From contig CBDDIJ010000003.1 in the NCBI GenBank assembly GCA_965228855.1, forward strand, positions 3,552,001-3,616,000: a stretch of 64,000 nt of DNA, read 5' to 3'. Below the pieces are notes generated by a model, which ran no database searches, was not told the origin of the DNA, and was given only the letters and a program-made list of their open reading frames with translations. Made by a program: the position numbers and the translations under genes. The first letter of the stretch is position 1, and every line of letters starts with the position of its first letter. The DNA is from Candidatus Obscuribacterales bacterium (GTDB taxonomy: Bacteria; Cyanobacteriota; Vampirovibrionia; Obscuribacterales; Obscuribacteraceae). Shown one piece after another: positions 46,789 to 56,400 of this stretch.

Positions 46789-48111
46789 GTGACTGACACC
46801 GCGCTGAAAGATCTGTCATATGCAAAGCTCCATGATGAGTGGGACGAGCTTGAGCTTGAAGATAAGCTCAGGCGCTTTCAGGAGCTGACGCATGCTGATG
46901 CCGAAGAATTCTTTCGAGAGCTCGGCTCTTCTGATGAATCCGAGCTTCTAACGGCGCTGCCGACACGAGAGCAAAGATTATGGATTCGTGTGCTCGATCC
47001 TGATGATGCCGCTGACGTCATCCAGAGCATCGAAGAAGAGGAGCGCGGTCATTTTCTCGAGCTCCTCGACGAGTCGACACGCACAGAAGTAAGTGCGCTC
47101 ATGGCATACGCCGAGGACGAAGCCGGCGGTCTGATGAGCCCGCGTTACGCTCGTGTGCGGCCGGATATGACTGTAGATGAAGCTCTTGCTTATCTAAGGA
47201 AACAGGCGCTTGAAACAGTCGAGACTGTTTACCTTGTCTATGTATTGGATGGACAGCAGCATCTGCTGGGGGTTGTATCGGTGCGGCGTTTGTTTTCCTC
47301 GCCGCCTACCAAGAAAGTCAACGACGTCATGCGGACCAATATGATCACCGCAAACGAAGACGCCGACCAGGAAGACTTATCAAAATTGTTCAAGGAACAC
47401 AATCTTCTAGCCATTCCGGTCGTCGATTCCGAAGGACGGATGAAAGGTATCGTTACCATCGACGATATCGTTGACGTTGTTGAAGAGGAAGCCACGGAAG
47501 ACATTCAAAAGATGGGGGGATCCGAGGCTCTCGGGGATCCGTATCTCAAGATTGAATTGTCCGAGATGATTAAGAAGCGTGCCGGCTGGCTGTTCGTATT
47601 GTTTCTCGGAGAACTGCTTACAGCTAACGCGATGGGATATTTCGAAGATCAGATTGCGAAGGCCGTTATCCTGGCGTTGTTTCTTCCACTCATCATAAGC
47701 AGTGGCGGCAACGCCGGCTCGCAAGCATCCACACTCGTAGTCCGTGCAATGGCTCTGGATGAAGTTCGACTACGTGACTGGTGGAAAGTCATGCAGCGCG
47801 AAATTATCGTCGGCTCCTCAATGGGAGTCATTCTCGGTATTGTGGGCTACATTCGCGTGATTGTTTGGGAATCGTTATTCCATACATACGGTCCCCACTC
47901 ACAACTACTCGGCATAACCGTGGGCTTGAGCTTAGTTGGAATAGTTCTCTGGGGAAGCGTGTCAGGCTCCATCCTTCCGTTCGTTTTGAAACGAGCCGGA
48001 TTCGACCCGGCTTCAGCATCCACTCCATTCGTAGCAACTCTGGTCGACGTAACTGGCGTTGTTCTTTACTTCACGATTGCCAGCGTCGTTCTAAAAGGCG
48101 CAATGCTTTAG
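46789..48111 (+). CDS. mgtE: Magnesium transporter MgtE
   Basis: MgtE N-domain, AGGLM, CBS pair, EEATEDI, SSGGNAGSQAS, DPASASTPFVATLVDVTG; GTG start assumed. Confidence 0.95.
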   Translation: MTDTALKDLSYAKLHDEWDELELEDKLRRFQELTHADAEEFFRELGSSDESELLTALPTREQRLWIRVLDPDDAADVIQSIEEEERGHFLELLDESTRTEVSALMAYAEDEAGGLMSPRYARVRPDMTVDEALAYLRKQALETVETVYLVYVLDGQQHLLGVVSVRRLFSSPPTKKVNDVMRTNMITANEDADQEDLSKLFKEHNLLAIPVVDSEGRMKGIVTIDDIVDVVEEEATEDIQKMGGSEALGDPYLKIELSEMIKKRAGWLFVLFLGELLTANAMGYFEDQIAKAVILALFLPLIISSGGNAGSQASTLVVRAMALDEVRLRDWWKVMQREIIVGSSMGVILGIVGYIRVIVWESLFHTYGPHSQLLGITVGLSLVGIVLWGSVSGSILPFVLKRAGFDPASASTPFVATLVDVTGVVLYFTIASVVLKGAML

Positions 48112-48148
48112 ACGATACCGCCTGCGGTGCCTGACAAAAGGATGAATT

Positions 48149-49309
48149 GTGAACCGGAAAATAGTTTTCGTCATAGCAATATGTTTGCTGATACCAGCAT
48201 CGGTTCTTTTTGTCTGGAGTATAAACATGCCTCCCCGTCATAACGACAACCTGAGCGCAGGATTCGTAGACCATCACGGAAGACGGGTCATTTCACCGCA
48301 GTATGCCGAGGCACTGGACTTCTCGGACGGGCTTGCGGCAACCAGGACAGCTCAGGGGAATTGGTTATTCATAGATAAAGACGGAACCATCGCAGTAAAA
48401 CCCGAGGCAAAGTTGTTGGACGTCCTGTCATTCTCCGATGGACTTGCACCAGCTCAAGTCATGACGGATGAGGACACTGCAGAAGGGAGCATCCAAAGCT
48501 GGAGCGGCTCAAACTGGGGCCCTCATATCGCGCCACAGGCGTCGGGACGGAAGTGGGGATTCATTGACAGATCCGGAGGATTTGCTGTTGCTGCGGAGTA
48601 TGACTCGGTAGGAGAGTTCAGAGAGGGTCTTGCTCCGGTTTTGACCGGCAAGAAGTGGGGTTACATCGATAGAAGCCACCTGGTGATTCCGCTTGAGTTC
48701 GATGAAGCAAGAGTCTTCTCGAACGGACTGGCAGCGGTCCGCAAAGGCAAAAAATTCGGATTTATCGACAAAACCGGTGCCGAAGTGATTCCATTTCAAT
48801 TTGACCAGGCCTACGATTTTAACGGCGGAGTCTGTATCGCCAGACTTGATGGAGCCTTAGTCGCGATGGATTCCTCCGGGAAAAGAATCGCAGACGATTT
48901 CGATGCGTATCAATCGAGCAACACGGGTTTATTCACCAGTCACGCATTAAATAGCGGCCCACAATTTGACTCGGAAAAGCGTAAATTCCGGGTTGTTGCA
49001 GCAGGTGGATATCTGGTTTATAAAAAACGAACGCCCTTATCTCGAGCACCGGTCGCATACATGGACAAAGACGGTGATATTAAGGTGGAGGTGAAACTAC
49101 CAGACTTATCTGCCGATGCAATGATTTTCGCGACTGAATTTCAAGATAAGCATGCCGTGATTTGTATTCAATCGGGTGACTCGATCAGATACTTTATTTG
49201 CGATGAGTTCGGTAATGCGACGCCGGTAGATGCATATCAAGTTTTTTCATTCCGCGAAGGACGCGCGAGGATACTCGCTAACCATGAAGGAAACGATGGC
49301 ACTCGCTAG
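48149..49309 (+). CDS. WG-repeat protein
   Basis: N-terminal TM; repeated FSDGLA...KWGFID..G units. Confidence 0.9.
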   Translation: MNRKIVFVIAICLLIPASVLFVWSINMPPRHNDNLSAGFVDHHGRRVISPQYAEALDFSDGLAATRTAQGNWLFIDKDGTIAVKPEAKLLDVLSFSDGLAPAQVMTDEDTAEGSIQSWSGSNWGPHIAPQASGRKWGFIDRSGGFAVAAEYDSVGEFREGLAPVLTGKKWGYIDRSHLVIPLEFDEARVFSNGLAAVRKGKKFGFIDKTGAEVIPFQFDQAYDFNGGVCIARLDGALVAMDSSGKRIADDFDAYQSSNTGLFTSHALNSGPQFDSEKRKFRVVAAGGYLVYKKRTPLSRAPVAYMDKDGDIKVEVKLPDLSADAMIFATEFQDKHAVICIQSGDSIRYFICDEFGNATPVDAYQVFSFREGRARILANHEGNDGTR

Positions 49310-49337
49310 CCTGGGCAAGTTTGCACAGCCATTATGC

Positions 49338-50066
49338 CTAATAAGGCCGTCTCAGTTTATCCACGTTGCGCTTCCGGTTGCCGGCGTTATACCAGTCAAC
49401 AACCTCCTGGCGAATTTGCTCGACTTCATCCGGCTTCATTTCTTTTGAAAGTCGATCTACTTGCTCCTGGGAAAGTTCGGCATACTGCCCATGCCCTTCT
49501 GCTCCCTTCATGTACCAGCGCAACGCCTCTAATTGTTTTCTGTCAGTACCTTCAGCGTTCTCGTACATATAACCGAGTGCGAATTGACTCTTCTTATCAT
49601 TCTGCTCTGCTGCTTTTTGAAACCACTGGAGGGCCGCACCATAGTCGACCGTAGTTCCTCTTCCGAGATAGTGGCAAACAGCCACTCGCACCATGGCATC
49701 GACATCGCCGCTTTCCGCTTGTTCAGTGTAGATTTTGACGGATGCACGTGGTCCGAAAAAGAGCCCCTTATCGGCAAGGAGATGCTTTCCAAGCAAGGTT
49801 GGACGACCAAAACTCTGAGGATTGACTGGCACATCCTTCTTGGAGGGATCCACTTGCGGCACTCCGGGGCTTTCGCCACCGTCCGCCACTACATCGCCAT
49901 TGCCACTATCAGTAGTACCAGGCACCTTCGAAACGGTAGCACCATTTCCAGTACCACAGCTTTGCATGCCGACAACAGCAGCTAAAGTGACAGCGACAAG
50001 AGCCGGTATCATCTTAGCTCGAGAGCGAGGCTTGAGAGCACTATCTACTTGCGGTAATTTCATCAC
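49338..50066 (-). CDS. Sel1-repeat protein, probable lipoprotein
   Basis: Hydrophobic segment ending GMQSC; AESGDVDAMVRVAVCHYLGRG, SQFALGYMYENAEG. Confidence 0.85.
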   Translation of the reverse strand: MMKLPQVDSALKPRSRAKMIPALVAVTLAAVVGMQSCGTGNGATVSKVPGTTDSGNGDVVADGGESPGVPQVDPSKKDVPVNPQSFGRPTLLGKHLLADKGLFFGPRASVKIYTEQAESGDVDAMVRVAVCHYLGRGTTVDYGAALQWFQKAAEQNDKKSQFALGYMYENAEGTDRKQLEALRWYMKGAEGHGQYAELSQEQVDRLSKEMKPDEVEQIRQEVVDWYNAGNRKRNVDKLRRPY

Positions 50067-52077
50067 TTGTAACCTCTGTTAGTGGACAAAATCTAGGCAA
50101 TTTATAAATCTCTTCGAAATGACTCACCTCGTGCGGATTTCCTACGACGTAGATCTCGTCGCCCTCGACTAGAACGGCATCTGGACCGGGATATGGAAGT
50201 ACGCTGTCCTCATGTCGGACAGCTGCTATTGTCACTCCAGTCGCTCTTCTAATGTCGAGATCCTTCAACGTTTTGCTCTCGAGTTCCGCACCTTCAATCT
50301 TGAACCAGGCGCCCATGAATTCATCATGAGGCAAGCCGACCAGCCGCGAAAGGTTTGGCTCCGCAATGTCGGGTTGGAACATAGTGTATCGCTTCTCGCG
50401 TATACTCGTCAAAGCTGATTGGATCTCAGGATCGGCTTTGTTCAGGCTTATCAATGTCAAACGAGTAATCTCAATGCTAGCCTCGAACTCCGGTTGAACG
50501 ACAGCATTTGCTCCAGTTGCGCGAAATGCATCGATGTCAGAAGTACGATGTGCACGTGCGATTATTTTGATCTGGGGGTTGTAATGGCGGGCAATGTCGA
50601 TAATTGACATAGCTGCCACCGGATCCGGTATCGTAACCACCAAAACATCCGCATCGCGAATGTTTGCTCGCAAAAGCACGATCCGACTCATGGCATCACC
50701 GTAAACGAACGGAAAACCGAGGTCTTCAAGCTCTCCGGTGATTGCTGCATTGAGTTCGATTACTACGACTGGAATATGATAACCATGCAGGACAACTCCA
50801 AGGTTGCGCCCGATTCGCCCATAACCACAAAGAATAACGTGCTCGCGAAGTCCCGCTGCAGACTGCTCTCCGCGGTCCTCGGAGCGACGATCGTCTTTGC
50901 CGGATAGTTTACTCATGCGCCGCATCAGAATAGGGACGGACTTCATCAAGAACGGTGCCGCTATAAGAGATACCACCGCGCCGGAAAAGAATAGATTGTA
51001 GAGACTTTCCGAGAGAATACCGGCAGTGTAACCGGACAGTGCCAGAACAAAAGAGAACTCTCCAATCTGAGCCAGTCCGACACCGACCAGGGTAGCTCTG
51101 CGTGGTATTGGAGTTGCAAACATAGCGGAGAGCGCGCCGATGAATGCCTTCCCGAGTATAAGCACGATAACGAATAAGGCTACTTGTGCCCAGTGCTCCA
51201 TTATGAACGCTGGATTCAACAACATTCCGACGGACACGAAGAACACAGTGGAAAAGAGATCGCGCAAGGGAAGCAGGTCTGAAAGAGCCTGATGACCATA
51301 CGTCGATTCAGAAATCATAATCCCTGCAAGAAATGCTCCCAGCGCAAGCGACAGACCGAGCGCATGCCCGCCAATCGCAATCAGCAAACACAAGGAAATG
51401 ATCGTAAGCAGAAACAGCTCGCGGTAGTTTGAATGCACAACTTTGGACAAAATAAAGGGGACGAGCTTGGTCGCACTCCAGATGATGAAAACGATGTAGA
51501 CGGCAGCTTTTGCCAGCGCGACAGCAACCATCATCAATGCGTCGGCACCGCCGGAGGCCTTGAACACCGGCAAAAGTGAGATGACGGGAACGAGACTCAG
51601 ATCCTGTATTACCAGAATTGGAATCAGGATCTGACCATGCGCAGAGTCGAGTTCGCCGCGCTCCATGAGCACTTTGGAAACAACTACACTACTGGAGAGC
51701 GCGCAGATGAAACCAAAGAGGAAGCCGCCACCAACGTTGTCAGATAGTCCCGTCATCGATGCTAGAAGCCAACCTAACAGAGCCGTACCAATGATCTGAC
51801 AGAGACCGGCGACAATTATTTTAAATGTGGAAGAGAAGATCTGCTTGAGTGAAACCTCCACACCAAGAGCAAATAGCAAGAGCGCCACACCGAACTCGGC
51901 AAGAACCGAAACGTGTTCGCTGTGACTGATGAGCTTGAGCCCATACGGGCCGATAGCGATACCGGCGATGATGTAACCTGCAATGATCGGCTGTTTTAGC
52001 CGGACGCAAACGTATCCGACTACGAGGGCTGCCGCCCAAATAACCGCCAGATCTCTAATAATTGAGAGTTCGGACAT
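50041..52077 (-). CDS. CPA2-family cation:proton antiporter with TrkA-N and TrkA-C (RCK) domains
   Basis: LAEFGVALLLFALGVE, LSSSVVVSK, LVIQDL, LGAFLAG, FFVSVGM, LAQIGEFSFV, ILCGYGRIG. Confidence 0.93.
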   Translation of the reverse strand: MSELSIIRDLAVIWAAALVVGYVCVRLKQPIIAGYIIAGIAIGPYGLKLISHSEHVSVLAEFGVALLLFALGVEVSLKQIFSSTFKIIVAGLCQIIGTALLGWLLASMTGLSDNVGGGFLFGFICALSSSVVVSKVLMERGELDSAHGQILIPILVIQDLSLVPVISLLPVFKASGGADALMMVAVALAKAAVYIVFIIWSATKLVPFILSKVVHSNYRELFLLTIISLCLLIAIGGHALGLSLALGAFLAGIMISESTYGHQALSDLLPLRDLFSTVFFVSVGMLLNPAFIMEHWAQVALFVIVLILGKAFIGALSAMFATPIPRRATLVGVGLAQIGEFSFVLALSGYTAGILSESLYNLFFSGAVVSLIAAPFLMKSVPILMRRMSKLSGKDDRRSEDRGEQSAAGLREHVILCGYGRIGRNLGVVLHGYHIPVVVIELNAAITGELEDLGFPFVYGDAMSRIVLLRANIRDADVLVVTIPDPVAAMSIIDIARHYNPQIKIIARAHRTSDIDAFRATGANAVVQPEFEASIEITRLTLISLNKADPEIQSALTSIREKRYTMFQPDIAEPNLSRLVGLPHDEFMGAWFKIEGAELESKTLKDLDIRRATGVTIAAVRHEDSVLPYPGPDAVLVEGDEIYVVGNPHEVSHFEEIYKLPRFCPLTEVTSDEITASR

Positions 52078-52230
52078 GGCTTCCTTATTTATGTGCGGAT
52101 ACGCCGAATCAGGCCATGCGTCAGTGCTCTAAAGCTAACTAACCCTGATCGCAAACCTACGTCCGGTATAAGACCGGCCCGCGTCAATCCGTTTGTAATG
52201 CCGAAGAAAAAAAAACTAGTCAGTCGATCT

Positions 52231-52578
52231 TCAGCACAACATAGCACAGTTAATCAGCCAGATTGGCGGCTGGCGGTGCTCGACCGGAGTCTGATTTTCC
52301 GGCACGTAATGGTGTTTATCCGCGACTGCAACGAAGAGGCCGCGCAACACCGCACTCAGAATTCTCACTCGGACATCATCACGTCCGGAAATCGGGTCGA
52401 CGCTAGCGGTAGACAGCGGCGATCCGATGAACGGAAAGCCGTATTGCAGGCTTTGCTTGGACTCGAGCTGCTTCAAGGAGGCGGACGCCTGGTCAGGCGC
52501 GTCAAGATAGCGGCACGTCAAAAACGCCGAAAAGGCGAACGCCACTAGCATCAACGCGAAGCCCCTAGCGGTAAGCAC
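52231..52578 (-). CDS. Small hypothetical protein, possible regulatory leader ORF
   Basis: GGAGG RBS before GTG; N-terminal hydrophobic segment; C-terminus HRQPPIWLINCAMLC. Confidence 0.6.
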   Translation of the reverse strand: MLTARGFALMLVAFAFSAFLTCRYLDAPDQASASLKQLESKQSLQYGFPFIGSPLSTASVDPISGRDDVRVRILSAVLRGLFVAVADKHHYVPENQTPVEHRQPPIWLINCAMLC

Positions 52579-52694
52579 TATGTTCCTCCGAACCCTTTGC
52601 TACCATTCTACCTTATGGTTAGTTTGCGAAGTGCTTTCATAATTTTTGTTATCAGCACTTACCGCTTCGGACCGAAACAACCGCAATTGAAACT

Positions 52695-53978
52695 CTAGAT
52701 TGTAGTCTTCCCTGGTTTCGAACTTTGCTGAACCGGAATCGAGTTTGAAGGCACCGTCGGATCGACGCCATCAGGACGTTTCAATCTAACAAGAATAAAT
52801 TGTTCGGTCCGATCTTTTCCAAAGTGCACCAGGATTGGCGCATCATCCTTCAACAAATTAGCGAGCCCGGTGTCATAGACCACGCTCTTATTGGATCCGA
52901 CAGTCCACGCACAGCGCTGCGATTTCTTGTCGAGTTTTCCTTTTACCTGCTGATTCTGGTCAGCGAGCATGTCGTAATAGTTGCCTGCGATGTCACCCTT
53001 AGCGTTAATTGCTAACTGGAACATCGTGGTTGAATCAGTCTGTTGACCTTGAACAAGCGAGAAGACTCCGAGCGGCTTCCACTCGTCCTTCTTCGGCGTT
53101 GTATCACCGGCAGATGTAGCCAGTTTTTGAGCTGAATTGTAATAGTCGGTAGATGTGCCAACCGGTTGATTATTGTAATAAACATTGTTGTTGTTGTAGG
53201 TAACGTTGCCGCCGTATCCGGCTCCAGCTCCGACGTTAAGCGCCAACATGCTGCCTAGCATCGCCCAGTCGGTCACCATCCAGGCAGTAGACATGCCCAT
53301 TCCCATGCCGTAGCCCCAGCCCGGGCAGTACCAGCATCCGGGGTGAGCACCGTACCAGCCGTGACCGTAGAAATTCCCCCATCCATTGAAGTTGTTGCGC
53401 ACAGCTACGCCACGATTCGAGACATAAGTCGGCGAATAATTGAAGTTGTTGTGACCGCCGTTCCAAACGTTGTTTCCGGAGATTTTATCGAAACCCCAAC
53501 CGTTTTTTTCATTGTTCCAATTGTGGTTGTCCCAACCTCGGTCGCCCTGATTGTAGTTGCGAACACCATTATCACCAGCGCGACCACCTTCGCTGCCATT
53601 GCCGGGTTCCAGTGGGCGATTGCGATTTGCAAAGCCACCATCACCAATACCACGATTTCCATCGCCTCCTAAGCCGCGAGCCGGTAATTGAGTCCCGTTG
53701 AAACCGAAATCGTCTCGTCCCAAACCACGATCGCCGGCGCCATCCCATGTGCCACCGCCGCGGTCGAACCCACCGCCACCACGATCAAAGCCGCCGCCGC
53801 CACGATCAAAGCCGCCGCCGCCGAATCCACCACGGTCAAAACCACCACCGCCGAATCCACCGAAGTGACCGCCACCGCCGAAACCACCACCACCGAAGCC
53901 GCCGCCTCTTGCCCAGGCATCGCCGGTGGTACCAAGCAAACTCAATAACAGACTGAGAGCAATAAATCGTTTAAACAT
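52695..53978 (-). CDS. Secreted Gly/Asn-rich protein with a conserved-looking C-domain (planctomycete 'protocadherin'-like)
   Basis: Signal peptide ending AWA; GGFDRGG repeats; EWKPLGVFSL...FQLAINAKGDIAGNYY...SQRCAWTVG...YDTGLANL. Confidence 0.75.
   Translation of the reverse strand: MFKRFIALSLLLSLLGTTGDAWARGGGFGGGGFGGGGHFGGFGGGGFDRGGFGGGGFDRGGGGFDRGGGGFDRGGGTWDGAGDRGLGRDDFGFNGTQLPARGLGGDGNRGIGDGGFANRNRPLEPGNGSEGGRAGDNGVRNYNQGDRGWDNHNWNNEKNGWGFDKISGNNVWNGGHNNFNYSPTYVSNRGVAVRNNFNGWGNFYGHGWYGAHPGCWYCPGWGYGMGMGMSTAWMVTDWAMLGSMLALNVGAGAGYGGNVTYNNNNVYYNNQPVGTSTDYYNSAQKLATSAGDTTPKKDEWKPLGVFSLVQGQQTDSTTMFQLAINAKGDIAGNYYDMLADQNQQVKGKLDKKSQRCAWTVGSNKSVVYDTGLANLLKDDAPILVHFGKDRTEQFILVRLKRPDGVDPTVPSNSIPVQQSSKPGKTTI
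53750..53907 (-). repeat. Coding low-complexity repeat (GGGF / GGFDRGG)
   Basis: Recurrent CCGCCGCC / ACGATCAAAGCCGCCGCCGCC units on the + strand. Confidence 0.8.
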
Positions 53979-54030
53979 TTCATTTTCCCCGAGACTTTAA
54001 AACCGTGACAAATCGCTGCTACCAGCCAAT

Positions 54031-55050
54031 TTACAAATGAATTCGGCTCACCGTAATTGAGTCACTGTCCGGAATTAAGAGACCATTTAGCTTACGCCCG
54101 GTCGACCGCCAGGTAAATGTGTCGCTATCCTTAGGTTCAAGATAATTACGCGCCTCTGCACGCCTACCATCAGGCGAAGTGCGCACCATATCGACGGCCC
54201 AGCGTTTTCCGTCTGTAGACCAATGACCATGACCGAAGCCGCCCTCGGAATCGAACATCCACGAGATGATCGCTCTTCGGCGAGGGTCGACGCCGATGAT
54301 TTGAGTGTCTTCGAGCGTCTCGCCATTGTTTGTCTTCACTCGGAAAGTAGTCACCATAAAATGGTGATCGGCCATCCATCGCGTCGACAGCGTCGCTTCG
54401 CCGTTGCTTCCCTTAGCAGACCATTCGCCGGACATCCAGCGCAGTTTATCCAGCGGATTGTCGTAATAACGAGCAGCTTGTTCGGTCACCGAAGCCATTT
54501 CCCATTTGCCATTGTTTTTGACATGGATCACCGTATATGGTGCTTCTGACAGGACCTTGCCATTAGAGTCTTTGACAACCGAAATGCCTTTCTCAATCGC
54601 GCCTTTATCGCCCAGCGCCCGCACTGATTCGACCTTAATCTCTAGATTCTTATCGGCGTCGGCTCGCTTGAAATATTCTTTGAAACAGCGCTCAATTTCA
54701 GCGCGCCCGTCATACCTATTGCCGAATGCATCTAAAAACGTTCCGTTTTCCGCCCACATCGCCGCAAGCGCAGCCGAATCAGCTTTAGCGAAGGCAGCCT
54801 CGTAAGCTCTGGCGTTCTCTTTAATTTCGGCTTCAGACGCCGAGCTAACGGGTTCGCTTTTCTCAGTGGAAGAGGAAACAGAGCTCGTTGATGCGCCGGA
54901 GCCGCTGTCAGCGGTTTCATCCTGCGCATACGCAGCTGATGAGCCGCACAACATCAATGTCCCGGCCGTTAGTGCCGAAATCAGTTGAATCCGACAGTTA
55001 TTCTGCCAACGCTTCCAATGCATCTTGCAAACCTCCGAAGTGGATGCCAC
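54031..55050 (-). CDS. SgcJ/EcaC-like (SnoaL/DUF4440, NTF2-fold) exported protein
   Basis: Signal ending AYA; IKENARAYEAAF..ADSAALAAMWAENG...GRAEIE; LDKLRWMSGEW, IIGVDP, SWMFDSEGGFG. Confidence 0.8.
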   Translation of the reverse strand: MASTSEVCKMHWKRWQNNCRIQLISALTAGTLMLCGSSAAYAQDETADSGSGASTSSVSSSTEKSEPVSSASEAEIKENARAYEAAFAKADSAALAAMWAENGTFLDAFGNRYDGRAEIERCFKEYFKRADADKNLEIKVESVRALGDKGAIEKGISVVKDSNGKVLSEAPYTVIHVKNNGKWEMASVTEQAARYYDNPLDKLRWMSGEWSAKGSNGEATLSTRWMADHHFMVTTFRVKTNNGETLEDTQIIGVDPRRRAIISWMFDSEGGFGHGHWSTDGKRWAVDMVRTSPDGRRAEARNYLEPKDSDTFTWRSTGRKLNGLLIPDSDSITVSRIHL

Positions 55051-55142
55051 AACCGCGGCATTTTATCAAAATATTGAGCGCGAAACAGGAGTTACGGTTT
55101 TTATTGTTATTGACGACCTGGAGTCGGGCATCTATTGGAAGT

Positions 55143-56393
55143 ATGTCATCGCTGAAGAGATCGATTGCTGTAGCTTCAATTCTGGCGGCGCTTTCCGCCC
55201 AGAGCCCAGCTTGGGCTCACTATGATATACACGACCATCTTGATGTTGATAACAGTCACAAACACAAGAAGCGCAAAAGCGCAAGCACATCGAAGAAAAA
55301 ACATTCAGCGACAAAGTCGTGGGCAAAATCAGCAGGGAATACTTCTACAATCGATCCCTGGAAGCTGCTTGAGTTTGCAATTTCGCCAGCATATGCCTAC
55401 ACCGGGCGAGTTAGCATGGTATTTCAAGGGCCGTTCCGAGTTATCAAATCGAACGGTATACCAAACCATTCGACAGGTGCGTTCCCAAACGAAGGAAATC
55501 CCAATACGATTTCCGAACAATCGTATGACTACCGGATGCCAAAAGATCCGGAAGAAACCGGCTTTTCAACTCCTCTGGGCATGAATGTCTTCGGCGTCGC
55601 AATTAACGGCGTCCCATTCGACCCGGGAGCCGCTGAGTGGTGGCAGAACAATCCGCGCTCGGGCTGGCAGTACGAAGCCATGTATCTGGGTGCTCGCCTC
55701 GGGCTCGATCAGAATAATGCGCATGTCCAGCCCAATGGTGCGTATCATTATCACGGAATTCCCACGGGCTTGCTGCAGCGCATGGCCGCAGTGGGCAAGC
55801 CGGTCTTGATTGGCTACGCAGCCGATGGTTTTCCTATTTACGGTCCGTATGGCTACAGCAATCCGCTTGATTCAAAGTCAAATTTGAAAAAACTAAAACC
55901 AAGTTATCGCTTGAAGAGCGGCAGCAGACCATCAAATCCAGGTCCCGGAGGCAGGCCTGACGGCGCCTTTATCGAGGATTACGAATACCAGAAGGGACTC
56001 GGTGACCTGGATGACTGCAACGGCATTTACGGCGCCACGCCGGAGTATCCCAAAGGAATTTATCATTACGTGCTTTCCGATGCATATCCCTTCATTCCGC
56101 GGGGCTACAAAGGTACGCCGGATGACAGCTTTAAAAAACGTCGAGGCGGCGGGCCCGGTGTTGGTCCAGGACCAGGTTTCGGCGGAGGTCCGAATGGTCG
56201 CCCGGGACCGGGCAATCAAGGTCGGGACGGGCGCAGACCTGGTCCAGGTCCGGATGGTCGCGGATACCGCCCGCGTAACACCCCCTGGGGTCAGCCGCAG
56301 GGAGAGGATCAACCATTTCCGATGAGACCACCCGGCGGCGGTCCGCCCGGGAATGGCGGTGGTGAACCGCCTATCGGTCCACCTGAGGAGTAA
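55143..56393 (+). CDS. YHYH-domain protein, exported
   Basis: Signal ending AWA; SNGIPNH, GVAINGVPF, GAYHYHG, IGYAADGFPIYG, LDDCNG, YHYV; Gly/Pro tail. Confidence 0.9.
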   Translation: MSSLKRSIAVASILAALSAQSPAWAHYDIHDHLDVDNSHKHKKRKSASTSKKKHSATKSWAKSAGNTSTIDPWKLLEFAISPAYAYTGRVSMVFQGPFRVIKSNGIPNHSTGAFPNEGNPNTISEQSYDYRMPKDPEETGFSTPLGMNVFGVAINGVPFDPGAAEWWQNNPRSGWQYEAMYLGARLGLDQNNAHVQPNGAYHYHGIPTGLLQRMAAVGKPVLIGYAADGFPIYGPYGYSNPLDSKSNLKKLKPSYRLKSGSRPSNPGPGGRPDGAFIEDYEYQKGLGDLDDCNGIYGATPEYPKGIYHYVLSDAYPFIPRGYKGTPDDSFKKRRGGGPGVGPGPGFGGGPNGRPGPGNQGRDGRRPGPGPDGRGYRPRNTPWGQPQGEDQPFPMRPPGGGPPGNGGGEPPIGPPEE

Positions 56394-56400
56394 CCAGCTT

